Assembly (NCBI GenBank): GCA_965238005.1 | Contig: OZ250165.1 | Location: forward strand, 2,816,001-2,880,000 | Direction of reading: 5' to 3' | Length of the DNA stretch: 64,000 nucleotides | DNA from: Longimicrobiales bacterium | GTDB lineage: Bacteria; Gemmatimonadota; Gemmatimonadetes; Longimicrobiales; Gaopeijiaceae | Shown: piece after piece, positions 53,229-64,000 of the stretch | How positions within the stretch are numbered: the first letter of the stretch is position 1 | How the letters are laid out: the number at the start of each line of letters is the position of its first letter | The notes under the pieces: model-generated | Seen by the model: only the letters and a program-made list of their open reading frames with translations | Told to the model about the DNA's origin: nothing | The model's database searches: none | Made by a program: the position numbers and the translations under genes

Positions 53229-54838
53229 CTATCGCCGCCGCCGAGGCCATGTCGGTTCATGCCCCGAGTCCCGGTAGTCCGACGAGTCACCTAAGCGCTC
53301 GTCCTCCAATTCCCGCAGCTCCCACAGGTGTGAACGCAACTCGTGGTTGGGCGGTCTGGTGAACCCGGCCATGGCCGGTGAAGACTGTGCAACCCGTGAA
53401 GGTACGGGCTGGAACCAGTCCACGCCGTTCCCCATCTTGCCGTTCGAGTTGGAGCCCCAGCAGTAACCCGTGCCGTTCGACGCCACGCCGCACGTGTGAG
53501 CAGATCCAGCGTCCACACTGCGGAACGTGATGCCGCCGGAGACCCGCAGCGGCACGCTGCTGTTGAACCAGCCGGCGTCGCCCAACTTGCCAAAGGAGTT
53601 GGAGCCCCAGCAGTAGGCGGCGCCACCGGGGGTGACGCCACACGTGTGGCTCGACCCTGCGCTCACGGAGGCGAAGGTGAGGCCCCCGGAGACCCGTAGG
53701 GGAACGCGGCTTTCGGTCGTACCTTCGGCGCCCAGCCGGCCGTCGCCGTTGTGACCCCAGCAGTAGGCGGCGCCACCGGCGATGACGCCACACGTGTGGC
53801 TCGACCCGGCGCTCACGGAGGCGAAGCCGAGGCCTCCGGAGACGAGCACCGGAACACCGCTGCTCTCGGAAGTGGATCCGTCGCCCAGCTGGCCGTCGCC
53901 GTTCCACCCCCAGCAGTAGGCGGCCGCACCGAAGGTGACGCCACACGTGTGGTCCGACCAGGCGCTCACGGAGGCGAACGCGAGGCCCCCGGAAACGGGC
54001 ATCGGAACAGCGCTGCTCTCGGACGTGGATCCGTCGCCCAGCTGGCCGTCGCCGTTCCATCCCCAGCAGTAGGCGGCGCCACCGGTGGTGACGCCACAAG
54101 TATGGAACAATCCGGCGCTCACGGAGGCGAACGCGAGGCCGCCGGAGACCCGCACCGGAACGTTGCTCTCGGAAGTGGATCCGTCGCCCAACTGACCGTC
54201 GCTGTTCCACCCCCAGCAGTAGGCGGCGCCACCGCTGGTGACGCCACAAGTGTGGAACGATCCGGTGCTCACGGAGGCGAACGCGAGGCCGCCGGAGACC
54301 GGCACCGGAAGCAGGCTTTCCACAAACGATGCGTCGCCCAGCTGGCCGTCGCCGTTAAACCCCCAGCAGTACCCGTCACGACCGGTCGAAAGGCCGCACG
54401 AGTGAAAGTTTCCGGCGCTGACGACTCTGGCCGCCGGAAGGCCGAGCACAACTTGGGGTGTATTCCAGCGGGCCTGGCTGCCGCCTCCTAATTGCCCGTA
54501 CCCCACGAAGCCCCAACAGTACCTGTCAGCCCCCGTCGTGACGCCACAGGCGTGGCTCGATCCTGCGCTCACGGAGGCGAACATGAGGCCGCCGGAGATC
54601 GGCACAGGAACGCTGCTGTCGAACGTGGATCCGTCGCCCAGCCGGCCGTTGGCGTTACTCCCCCAGCAGGAGGCAGCCCCACCAGTGGTGACGGCGCAGG
54701 TATGACTCGACCCCGCACTAACAGAAGCGAACCTGAGGCCGCCGGAGACCCGACCCAGACCGCTGCTGGCGAACGAAGCGAACGTGAGGCCGCCGGAGAC
54801 AAGCACCGGAACACTGCTGTCGGTGGTGGATCCATCAC
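53229..54838 (-). pseudogene. RCC1/BLIP-II repeat protein, 5'-truncated
   Basis: About nine ~50-aa repeats '[27 protein letters not shown]'. Confidence 0.85.
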
Positions 54839-55313
54839 CTATCAGCAGCTTGCCAACAGGGCCGCCGCCGCCATCTACAGTCGTGTGCGCAAGCTGACGT
54901 CCGGATCGGGCTTCCCCACCGCTCAGCAGGTGTTAGCCTTGTCGGAAGACGATCTGCGTGGAGCCGGGCTCTCGCGCAGCAAGACACGAGCCATTAAGGA
55001 CCTGGCCGCAAAAACCGTGAACGGCGACCTCGGGTTAAGGAGCATCGGTCGCCACGGGGACGAAGAGGTCATCCGACGACTTACCACCGTCTGGGGAGTC
55101 GGGGAGTGGACGGCACACATGTTTCTCATCTTCAAGCTCGGGAGGCCCGACGTCATGCCTGCCGGTGACCTGGGGGTCCAGGAGGGCCTCAGGATTCTTG
55201 ACGGGCTGGACAAGCGTCCGGAGCCGGAGTACCTCCTGGCCCGGGCGGAGGTGTGGCGGCCACTCCGAAGCGTCGCCGCATGGTTCCTTTGGCGCCTCAC
55301 GGACAAGCGATGA
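54831..55313 (+). pseudogene. AlkA-type DNA-3-methyladenine glycosylase, 5'-truncated
   Basis: 'SITYQQL', HhH 'GVGEWTA', 'PAGDLG'. Confidence 0.85.
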
Positions 55314-55834
55314 TCCGACGTGCAGCGATGATCCGACGTGCCTTGATACCGGTCGCAGCGGTGCTCGCCACGGGCTCGCTCGGCACGCCTCGGCCTGCCG
55401 CGACCCAGATCCTGGCCCCCATCGGGGGCGCGCTGGCAGGGGCCGGGGCGGGCGCGTGGCTCAGCGTAGCCTACATCACCGTGCAGGCGCGGAAGGGCAA
55501 CTACCTCGACTCGGGGGAAGAGGCCGTCCGCATGGCTGCCATTCCCCTCTTCACTGGACTCGCGGCCGGACTCGCCCTGGGCGTGTTCGCCGAGGATCGG
55601 ATGAATCAGGCGCTACTCTGGGGCGCGGTGGGGTGGGCCTCGGGGATCGGGGTCGGCGCCCTCATCGGGCACCAGGTTTGGGACGATCCGCAGCGGAGAT
55701 GGGCGGGAGGGGTCATCGGAGGCGCCGTGGGGTTGATAGTGGGTGGCGTGGCCGGCCTCGTCTCCTCCCAGGGCGACGGGGAGGACAGTCAGCAGCCTGA
55801 CGGCCTTCCTCTTTTGATCAGGTTCCGATTCTGA
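55310..55834 (+). CDS. Gly-rich membrane/secreted protein
   Basis: Signal peptide, glycine-zipper helices; start codons duplicated (55310/55328). Confidence 0.65.
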   Translation: MIRRAAMIRRALIPVAAVLATGSLGTPRPAATQILAPIGGALAGAGAGAWLSVAYITVQARKGNYLDSGEEAVRMAAIPLFTGLAAGLALGVFAEDRMNQALLWGAVGWASGIGVGALIGHQVWDDPQRRWAGGVIGGAVGLIVGGVAGLVSSQGDGEDSQQPDGLPLLIRFRF

Positions 55835-55836
55835 GG

Positions 55837-57102
55837 ATGCCCGGCGCAGCTCCGCGTGCCCCTGTTCGAGGGCAACTCATGCCGGCGATCCGGGGGCCGC
55901 AGCAAAGCCGGAGCCTGGCGCACCGAGTCTGCTCGCTCCTGACGCCGCTCGTGGCCGCAGGTGCTTGCGCCTACGCCCCGGCACCCCTTCCCGGCGCCCC
56001 ACCCATGGCCGACCCTGGGCCCGACAGCGTGGACGCAGTCGTCTTCCTGGTCGGTGACGCCGGGGAGGCAGACGGGGTCGGCAGTCCCGTCCTGCAGAAG
56101 GTCGCCAACGAAGTGGAGAGTTGGTCCGAGTCTCTGGCGCGTGACTCGGCGGTGGCCGTCGTCTTTCTGGGAGACAACGTCTACCCCAACGGATACCACT
56201 ATCCCTCCGAAGGCGACTACCCTCGGGACTCGGTGCGCCTCGGAAACGAAATCGCCACCGTGTCCGGCCCACAGGCTCGCGCGCACCTAACACCCGGGAT
56301 CTTCATCGCCGGCAACCATGACTGGGCAAACACTTCAGGGCCCGTAGCCCTGGCCCGCCTCCGCAACCTGGAAACGAGGCTCGAGCGGGAGCGATCCGCC
56401 GGGACGCTGGTGGAGCTCATGCCCGGAGCCGGACTAGGGGGACCGGAGTACGTCGACCTGGGCCAGAACGTGCGGATCGTGTTCCTCGACACGCAGTGGT
56501 GGCTGGCCGAGGGCCAAGACGAGGATCGGATTCTCGAAGCCTACCAGCGTCTCGCCGAAGTCATGGCGGACTCCGACGATCGTGACGTGATCGTCGCCGC
56601 TCACCACCCCATAGTGACAGGCGGTGAGCACGGAGGCGCCGTGGGCTTCTGGTCCACCGTCGGCGTCCGTTGGCTCCTCAGCCGCACCGGCGCAATCAGA
56701 CAGGACCTTACCTCCCTCCCGTACCAGGGCATGATCCGCGGATTTCGGGAGGCGTTCTCCCGTGGTGGCGCTCCGCTGGTCTACGCTTCGGGCCACGACC
56801 ACAACCTCCAGGTCATCGCCGCAGTCGAAACTGGTGACCCCGAGTTCACCCTGGTGAGCGGGTCCGGCAGCAAGTTATCGACGCCTCTGAGGGGTGTCCC
56901 CGGGATGCATTTCGGAGTGGCCGCCCCGGGCTACATGCGCGTCGTCTTCCACCGGGACGGCGTTGTCGACGTGTTCGTGATCTCCGGCCCCCGAAGCTTC
57001 ATGGCATGCCCCGAGGACGCGACGCCAGAGCACGACTGTCTCACCCTCTGGCCCACGGCCTTCCGCGTCGTGTACTCCCAGCGCCTGAAGCCGGCTCCTT
57101 GA
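55837..57102 (+). CDS. Calcineurin-like metallophosphoesterase
   Basis: 'GDAG', 'GDNVY', 'GNHD', 'GHDH'. Confidence 0.9.
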   Translation: MPGAAPRAPVRGQLMPAIRGPQQSRSLAHRVCSLLTPLVAAGACAYAPAPLPGAPPMADPGPDSVDAVVFLVGDAGEADGVGSPVLQKVANEVESWSESLARDSAVAVVFLGDNVYPNGYHYPSEGDYPRDSVRLGNEIATVSGPQARAHLTPGIFIAGNHDWANTSGPVALARLRNLETRLERERSAGTLVELMPGAGLGGPEYVDLGQNVRIVFLDTQWWLAEGQDEDRILEAYQRLAEVMADSDDRDVIVAAHHPIVTGGEHGGAVGFWSTVGVRWLLSRTGAIRQDLTSLPYQGMIRGFREAFSRGGAPLVYASGHDHNLQVIAAVETGDPEFTLVSGSGSKLSTPLRGVPGMHFGVAAPGYMRVVFHRDGVVDVFVISGPRSFMACPEDATPEHDCLTLWPTAFRVVYSQRLKPAP

Positions 57103-57190
57103 AACCCCGGGCCCTGGAGGCCCGTAGTATAAGCAGGCCGTCCGACCACGTGGGTTCGGACGGGACAGTCATCCATCGAGGAGGATCCTG

Positions 57191-57373
57191 ATGGCCAAGA
57201 GTAGTCGAGGACGTGCGCCACGGGACAAGAAGCCCTCGCTCAAGCTTCCCGAGTGGCCCTGCACGCCCAAGCCGCCGCGCACACCCCCACCTCCGCGGCC
57301 CACGGATCCCGTGGGCGCGACGCCGGGCCCCGACTTCAAGAAGGTGATCAGGAAGCTACGGAAGAAGCGCTAG
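57191..57373 (+). CDS. Small basic Pro-rich hypothetical protein
   Basis: GAGGAGG RBS; no recognised motif. Confidence 0.4.
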   Translation: MAKSSRGRAPRDKKPSLKLPEWPCTPKPPRTPPPPRPTDPVGATPGPDFKKVIRKLRKKR

Positions 57374-57699
57374 AGGCCTGTTGAAGGAGTACGGCGGGTC
57401 GGGTTAGGAGCGCCGAACTAGACGGTCCGCAGTGCCAAGACCTCTCCGAGCCTCCGGACCACTACGTCCACCTCGTGATCCTTCAGCATGGCGGTGCCGA
57501 CTTCCAGCTGGCCGTCGGAAAGGACCAAGTAGGGGGTCCTGATCGAAGGCTCCCCGTCCTCCAGCGCCTTCTGCGCCTCCTCCACCGATAGCGGGATCAG
57601 CGACTCGTCCTGGCAATCGTCTTGCTTTCGACGACGAACGAGAGGCCGTGCCAGCCATACTGCATGTATGGGAGGAGTGCCCATTCGCTGTTCTCCGAG

Positions 57700-57886
57700 A
57701 ACATCTGCAGCCCTTGTGACAACCGAATTCCGCATAATCACCGCCTATGCCGTTGAACGAGAGGGCTCTGAAGGCATTGTAGAAGAACTCGCGACGGCAG
57801 AGGCGTTCCCTTACCCGGACGCGGGACCGGAAGCTGAAGGGTCGTTTGATCACATATGACTTCAGCTTTTCAACAATCCCGGGCAT
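57700..57886 (-). pseudogene. TylF/MycF-like methyltransferase N-terminal fragment
   Basis: 'GDYAEFGC'. Confidence 0.5.
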
Positions 57887-58999
57887 ATTGCCAGTGCTCC
57901 TCCTGAACAGGGCTGACTACAGCTATCACCGCCCGTGGACTCTTGCGAGTCCCCCGATTTTCGATCGACATCCCGCTGAATCCGGACCTCCCAGGGGCAT
58001 CCGGAGGCCATGCTAGTGGGTGCCACGGGAGCCGTCAACCGATGGAACGAAGGAGGCGCTCCCCCATGTTGACCACCTTGGTCCTGCCCCTCACGTTATC
58101 CCGATCCGGCAATGGACTTCTTTCTCCTGTCCCCGTTGGAGAATCGGAAATGGGAATCGAGCTCGAGTTGTCAGCCATGCTCTTCATGTTGACGCCTTGA
58201 GTCCCCGTACTCAAAACACAAGACCTTAATTGAAGGGTCCGCCCAGAACGAGTCGGAAGGTCGAAGCGCCACGTCCGACGCGATAGCTCATGCCGATCCT
58301 GGGTATCTCGAGCCCCAGGACCTTCCAGGGAGTAATCGTTCCGAACATGACGCCGAACTCAAATTGCACGTCGACCGAGCGCTGCTTGCCGTAGAAGCGA
58401 ATGAGCTCCGGACTCACGAAGTAAGGTAGTTCATGGCGAACAGCCCGCCGTCCACACCCGCAGCGGCGAAGGGCTTTAGCTGCCATTCTCAGCAACGGGA
58501 AGCTACGGCGTTGAACACCAACCCCCAGCCGGGCCAACGGAGCTGTACGCGATCGTCGGAGCCACCGCGGTGGATGGTGTGGGTCTCCTATGCCAACGCG
58601 TTGATCGAGGCCCACCTCGATGAGTTCAGCGAGTTCGCCGACTCACTCTATGCGCCGGTTGAGCAGATGATGCGGCGTCAGGCCTACGGGTCATGGGAAT
58701 CGATGCTGTACGAATCGCTGGTCCGAGCAGCCGTGGCGCGGTATCGGCTGAGCCACGGTGGTGAAGCGGAGGCGGCAGCGGAGATCGAGGAGCAGGTTGA
58801 AGCTGGGTTCGTGTGGACTGGGGAGCTTTGTGAGCTTCTGGGGGAATACGAGAGGGACCGGGAGGCCTATCCGTCGATGGCGGAGTTTATGGACCGGGTC
58901 GTGGGGTTCTTTCGGGAGTTTGCGGGGGGGCGTTGACGGGCTCAAGTTGACAACGCCCGCGCACCGCGATCCGAGGCATGGTCGACCGAAAGGCCTCTA

Positions 59000-61576
59000 T
59001 TGTCAGACATACGCGTACCGTGGATCGTCCTCAAGTTCGGGGGAACGAGCGTCTCGACGCCCGAGAACTGGGGTGCGATCGCCGATGTCGTGAGCGAGCG
59101 AGTCGTCGAGGGCTTCCGACCGCTCATCGTTCAATCGGCTCTGGAGGGTGTGACCCTCCAGTTGGAACGGCTCGTAGAGGCGGCGAGCATGGGCGACGCG
59201 GACCTGTCCGTCGAGAGCATCGCACAGGCACACGCGGAACTGCTCGATGCAAGAGGTGTGCACCAGCCCGACCTGCTTGCGAGAGACGTCGACGAGCTGA
59301 CAACCCTGCTCGAAACGATCTCGACGGCCCGAGAGGCGAGCCCCGCCAACAAGGCGCGAGCCCTCGCCATTGGCGAGTACATGGCGACCCGCGTCGGGGC
59401 CGCCCTACTCGCCGCGTCGGGCGTGGAGGCCGTTTGGGTAGACGCCAGGGACCTCTTGGTCTCCGGGCCCTCAACCCGAGGAGATTGGGGTCACTACCTC
59501 TCAGCGGAGTGTGGCGCTGACGCTGACCCGGTGCTGGACCGCAAGCTCGCCAGCCTTGGGGATGTCATTATCACGCAGGGTTTCGTTGCTCGGGACGAAG
59601 AGGGCAACACGGTGGTCCTCGGAAAGGGCGGATCGGACACCTCCGCCGCCTACCTCGCAGGACGGCTGGAGGCCGAGCGCGTCGAGATTTGGACCGACGT
59701 GCCCGGCATGTTCACCGCCGATCCCCACGTCGTGCGCGCGGCGCGTCTACTTCGCCGCCTCGACCACGGAGAGGCTCAGGAGATCGCTACGACCGGCGCG
59801 AGCATCCTTCACCCTCGCTGTATCCCAGCGTTGAGAGATCGAGGCATTCCGATCCACATTCGGAGCACGCTTTTCCCCGACCACCCAGGCACAATCATCT
59901 CGCGTTGGCCAGACAGCGGAGTCCCACAGCTCAAGGCGATCTCGGTCCGGCGAGGGGTATGTCTCGTATCGATGGAAACCTTGGGCATGTGGCGGCAGGT
60001 CGGCTTCCTGGCCGACGTGTTCGACTGTTTTCGTAGACGGGGCATCTCGGTGGACATGGTGTCGACGTCCGAGACGAACGTCACCGTTTCGCTCGACGCC
60101 GACGCCATCGAACTCGACTCGGACAGCTTGTCTGCCCTACTGGAAGATCTGGGCGCCCATTGTCGGGCTCGTCTGATCCACTCCTGCGCCGCTATCAGCC
60201 TTGTCGGGCGAGGCGTACGAGCGCTCCTGCACCGTCTCAGCCCGGTATTCGAGGCGTTCGAGGAGCACCCGGTGCACATGGTCAGTCAGGCAGCCAGCGA
60301 CCTGAACCTCACGTTCGTCGTGGACGAGGATCGAGCCGAGAAGCTGACCCGTGATCTTCATGCCCTCCTGGTTTCCGAAGCCTCCGACCCGGAAGTATTC
60401 GGGCCCACGTGGGAGGAGTTGGCGTCTCCTGAACCGCACCCCCACACACACGCTTGGTGGATCGACAAGGCACCACGTCTCGAAGAGATCGCTCGCCGGC
60501 ACCGTTCGGCGTTCGTGTACGACCTCGAGACGATTCGGGATCGCGCGCGGCGCGTGCGAGCCGTCACGGGCATCGACCAGGTCTTCTACGCGATGAAGGC
60601 GAACTTCCACGAGGGGATCCTCGCGGCAATCGAAGAAGAAGGCTTGGGCTTCGAGTGCGTCTCTCTACCCGAAGTGCATGCGGTACTCGATCGCTTCCCC
60701 GACATCGAGCGGCAGCGGGTGTTGTTCACTCCCAACTTCGCACCCAAGGAAGAGTATCTCGCCGCCCTGGAGTTGGACGTCTGGCTGACGCTCGACAGCC
60801 TGTATCCGCTCCGGCACTGGCCCGAACTGTTCGAAGGTCGTGATCTTCTCGTCCGGTTGGATCCGGGTGTCGGGAAGGGACATCACCACAACGTGCGGAC
60901 GGCCGGCGGCCACTCGAAGTTCGGAGTGCCGCTCTTCGAGTTGGAGGAGTTGGGAAAGCTGTCGGGCACAGTTGGCGCGCGGATCGTCGGCCTTCATGCC
61001 CACTCGGGAAGCGGCGTGTCGTCCGCGGATCATTGGGTCGAGGTCGGAGAGATCCTCGGCGCCGCCGCGGATCGGTTGCCCCACGTACGCATCATGGACC
61101 TGGGCGGGGGCCTCGCCGTTCCGAGCCGCCCGGGGGAGTCCGAAATCGATCTCGTGCGTCTGGCGGAGGGCTTGGAGGGACTGAGGAAGAAACACACCCG
61201 GATCGAGATCTGGCTAGAGCCCGGACGCTACCTCGTGGCGGAGGCCGGAGTACTCGTCAGTCTGGTCACCCAGACCAAGGGCAAAGGGCGGCACCGATAC
61301 GTAGGAATCTCCACAGGCATGAACTCGCTGATCCGACCAGCCCTTTACGGGGCCCATCACGAGATCACCAACCTATCGCGCCTAAACGCCCACCCTGAGG
61401 AAGTCGTCACGGTCGTCGGGCCCATATGTGAGTCCGGGGACCGGCTCGGCGTCGACCGCCTGCTCCCCCGCACGAGCGAAGGCGACGTTCTCCTGATCAC
61501 GAACGCGGGTGCCTACGGGCGGGTGATGAGCTCGTCCTACAACCTACGGTCCCCCGCGACCGAGGTCGTGCTCTAG
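59000..61576 (+). CDS. Bifunctional aspartate kinase / diaminopimelate decarboxylase
   Basis: 'LKFGGTSV', 'GGSDTSA', ACT domains, 'YAMKAN', 'SKFG', 'EPGRY', 'GPICESGD', 'GAYG'. Confidence 0.96.
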   Translation: MSDIRVPWIVLKFGGTSVSTPENWGAIADVVSERVVEGFRPLIVQSALEGVTLQLERLVEAASMGDADLSVESIAQAHAELLDARGVHQPDLLARDVDELTTLLETISTAREASPANKARALAIGEYMATRVGAALLAASGVEAVWVDARDLLVSGPSTRGDWGHYLSAECGADADPVLDRKLASLGDVIITQGFVARDEEGNTVVLGKGGSDTSAAYLAGRLEAERVEIWTDVPGMFTADPHVVRAARLLRRLDHGEAQEIATTGASILHPRCIPALRDRGIPIHIRSTLFPDHPGTIISRWPDSGVPQLKAISVRRGVCLVSMETLGMWRQVGFLADVFDCFRRRGISVDMVSTSETNVTVSLDADAIELDSDSLSALLEDLGAHCRARLIHSCAAISLVGRGVRALLHRLSPVFEAFEEHPVHMVSQAASDLNLTFVVDEDRAEKLTRDLHALLVSEASDPEVFGPTWEELASPEPHPHTHAWWIDKAPRLEEIARRHRSAFVYDLETIRDRARRVRAVTGIDQVFYAMKANFHEGILAAIEEEGLGFECVSLPEVHAVLDRFPDIERQRVLFTPNFAPKEEYLAALELDVWLTLDSLYPLRHWPELFEGRDLLVRLDPGVGKGHHHNVRTAGGHSKFGVPLFELEELGKLSGTVGARIVGLHAHSGSGVSSADHWVEVGEILGAAADRLPHVRIMDLGGGLAVPSRPGESEIDLVRLAEGLEGLRKKHTRIEIWLEPGRYLVAEAGVLVSLVTQTKGKGRHRYVGISTGMNSLIRPALYGAHHEITNLSRLNAHPEEVVTVVGPICESGDRLGVDRLLPRTSEGDVLLITNAGAYGRVMSSSYNLRSPATEVVL

Positions 61577-62053
61577 AAGCAAGGCGACGCGTGGTCGCTC
61601 TAGCAAGTAACCTGTTATCACTGCGGGCCGGATGGAAGCCGACCACCGGGTCTTTCTCTCGCTGGAATGCGTATGTAGGGCCACCGGCGGCCCGGATCGT
61701 CGAGAGGAGTGGGAACGAGCGTCTCGACGTCAGGAAGGGCAGACGGATGGGGCGGGGCCATGGATGGAGGCGCCGTCGCCGCAGTGCAGTGGCAACCTGA
61801 ACTGACCGAGGCGGACGATCCCACTCAGCAGAGGTCTTCGACGGCTGCTTCAGCTCATCGAAGAAGTTCGTCACCAAGACCACCTGGTTCGCTCCCCGTC
61901 CGATCCCGCGTTGGGGGCTCCTCGAGGTATCCGGGCTTCCGAGTTCCTCAAGGATCTAAAAGCGGATGTGGACGCCTGGTATTACCGCTCCACATGGGAC
62001 GCGGGAGATACCCGGTCGGCCAGTTCGGACGTGGGGAAGCCCTCCACGGAGCG

Positions 62054-62455
62054 TCATCCCCCGTCGCCAACCGTGAACGTGACGGTCTCCAGCACGCTGC
62101 CGTCCTCATCGCGGATCTCGACCCGCCACTCACCCGTCCAATCCTCGGGGATGTTCTTGTTACTCCACGAGCGCCACGGCGAGCCACCTATCGCCGGCAG
62201 CGTCAGAGTCCTCTCGTGGGGCCCATGGATCCATACGTGCGAGAGAGTCTTGCCCTCTGCGCCGGACACCCGGGTCCAGCACCAGAGGCTGCCCACGTCC
62301 GCGGCGAAGGCCGAGCCGCTGTCGACCGGTATTCGGTCGACGACATCCGTGGCGATCTGGACCTCGACCGTGATCTCGGCGTCCTGAGCCAACGCCACTT
62401 CGACAGTGCTCGCCAGCAGGCAGGCTGAGATCAGTGCATACGCAATCGGCTCCAT
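62054..62455 (-). CDS. DUF2914-domain secreted protein
   Basis: 'LSHVW', 'WRSWSNK', 'GEWRVEI'. Confidence 0.85.
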   Translation of the reverse strand: MEPIAYALISACLLASTVEVALAQDAEITVEVQIATDVVDRIPVDSGSAFAADVGSLWCWTRVSGAEGKTLSHVWIHGPHERTLTLPAIGGSPWRSWSNKNIPEDWTGEWRVEIRDEDGSVLETVTFTVGDGG

Positions 62456-62502
62456 GGTTGTCTCCCGCAATGGGTCGTCCTTCGTCCGGCCACCTCAGTC
62501 GG

Positions 62503-62946
62503 CTACTCGAAGATATACGCCACCGCCTCGGCCGCCTGCTCCAGCGTCTCCACAGTGAGCGTGGCAAGCGCGTCCAGCTCCTTGAGCGCGTGGATCAGCT
62601 CGCCGTCCCTCACCGGAATCAGCGGAAGCCCGGAGGCCACGGCCGCGCCTGCATCGGTGGCGGTGTTCCACTGGCGGTACTTCGGGCCGAAGTAGGCCAC
62701 CACCAGGTCCGCCCTGCGGAACAGGATGCGCGTCCGCAGTGTGTTGACGCGGGCTCCCATCAGGTCACGGTAGCGGGGCCCCGGCTGCTCCCCGAGGATG
62801 TCCTCGCCGACGGCGTCCGAACGGTCGTGCTCGACGTTGGGGCCCACCAGACTCGCGCTTACCCCCGCCGCTTCGAGCGCGGCCCCGAAACGGTCGCGCC
62901 AGTCGCTGTGGATCTCGCCGGCGGTGTAGATCGTGATGGTGTCCAT
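62503..62946 (-). CDS. YtoQ-family protein
   Basis: 'GEIHSDWR', 'KYRQWN', 'HALKELDA'. Confidence 0.88.
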   Translation of the reverse strand: MDTITIYTAGEIHSDWRDRFGAALEAAGVSASLVGPNVEHDRSDAVGEDILGEQPGPRYRDLMGARVNTLRTRILFRRADLVVAYFGPKYRQWNTATDAGAAVASGLPLIPVRDGELIHALKELDALATLTVETLEQAAEAVAYIFE

Positions 62947-63103
62947 TCGCCTCTCGTCGGTGTCTTGCGCCGATTCATCAATCGGCCTGTTTGGCCGAGA
63001 CCCACCGGACCATCCCCCATTTCACGGCCACACCGCCGATGACGACGAAAAGCACGATGAGGTAGCTGGAGAACGGTGCGGGCTCCCGGAGATGAAGAAA
63101 AGT

Positions 63104-63340
63104 TCAGGATGACAGCGCCATTTTCAAGCCCGTCTCGCCGTTCGATCCCTCCCATACGTGGAACGCGACCGGTACGAACTGTCCGGGCCGGAGCTGAACC
63201 TCCCCGGTTCCGTCCTCGGTCCGGAGCGGCCTGCGGAGCGCGCGCGCGCTGCGTCGGACGGTCCGATGGCGTGAGGATCGACTGGAGAATCTGCTGGCTT
63301 CGAGCCACGCCCGCGAGGACTTCGTGGTGACGCGGGCCGC
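63104..63340 (-). pseudogene. DOMON/ethylbenzene dehydrogenase-like C-terminal fragment
   Basis: 'RRPL...VPVAFHVWEGSNGE'. Confidence 0.5.
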
Positions 63341-63356
63341 CGGCAGCGCTGCTGGC

Positions 63357-64000
63357 TCAAGCCGCGCCACCAGCGCGTTCATCGTTCAGATGGCAGGCGG
63401 ACAGCCGTGCATCCGCGATCGGCTCGAGCGCCGGCGCCTCGCGCCCACAGCGCTCCATGGCGTAGGGACAGCGCGGATGAAAGTGGCATCCCGGAGGAGG
63501 CGCCAGAGGCGATGGTATCTCGCCCTTCACCGGCTCGAAGCGTCGCCGCCGTGCGCTGAGCCGCGGTACCTCGTTCAACAGCGCCTGGGTGTAGGGGTGG
63601 TTGGGAGCAGCGAACAGCTCTTCCGTGGGCGCGACCTCTATCACGCGACCGAGATACATGATCACCACCCGGTCGGACAGGTGCTCCACCACGCCCAGAT
63701 CGTGGCTGATAAAGAGGTAGGTGAGGCCCAGCTCCTCCCGCAGCTTCATGAGCAGATTCAGCACCTGCGCCTGGATGGAAACGTCGAGGGCCGCCACCGC
63801 CTCGTCGCACACCAGGAACTCGGGCTCCACGGCAAGCGCCCGGGCGACGCAGATGCGCTGGCGCTGCCCGCCGGAGAACTGGTGCGGATAGCGCCGCCTG
63901 TAGATGGGGTCGAGGCCGACGCGGGTCATCACCTCGTCGAGCCGGTCCTCGACCTCGTCCTTGCGCCAGATCCGGTGCACCAGGGGCGCCTCGGCGATGA
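63357..64000 (-). CDS. Oligopeptide ABC ATP-binding protein (OppF/DppF-like), runs off window
   Basis: 'FSGGQRQR', 'CDEAV', 'HPYT', 'GCHFHPRC'. Confidence 0.93.
   Translation of the reverse strand, partial: IAEAPLVHRIWRKDEVEDRLDEVMTRVGLDPIYRRRYPHQFSGGQRQRICVARALAVEPEFLVCDEAVAALDVSIQAQVLNLLMKLREELGLTYLFISHDLGVVEHLSDRVVIMYLGRVIEVAPTEELFAAPNHPYTQALLNEVPRLSARRRRFEPVKGEIPSPLAPPPGCHFHPRCPYAMERCGREAPALEPIADARLSACHLNDERAGGAA

Noticed and set aside
53450..54830. ~150-bp periodic repeats as a second CRISPR or DGR
   Set aside because: In-frame RCC1 protein repeats; no RT, no unique spacers

Overview
GC-rich bacterial window, probably Gemmatimonadota (inferred from the 'MSDPVxRLNTALEGRY' Ser/Thr-kinase start, S9 peptidases and amidohydrolases). 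About 1-36 kb is a heavily rearranged mobile region around a tRNA-Ile(GAT). It holds an ACP-like/XRE/ImmA-IrrE operon, two convergent P4-like tyrosine integrases, three solo copies of the integrase 3' tail, and a repeated non-coding module with a 34-bp 13-8-13 palindrome. Two IS110-family elements sit inside that module, one with a bridge RNA whose four guides can be read directly and match its target and donor. The region also has a lone attC, an orphan CRISPR array cut by IS3, an ICE remnant, a ferredoxin-cyclase-Rieske fusion, a group II intron 5' fragment and two identical IS1182 copies. About 36-64 kb is mostly housekeeping (hemE, hemB, tandem amidohydrolases, CDF and DAACS transporters, aspartate kinase/DAP decarboxylase) with several fragment junctions that could be decay or misassembly. 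All calls come from motif recognition by eye; no searches were run.
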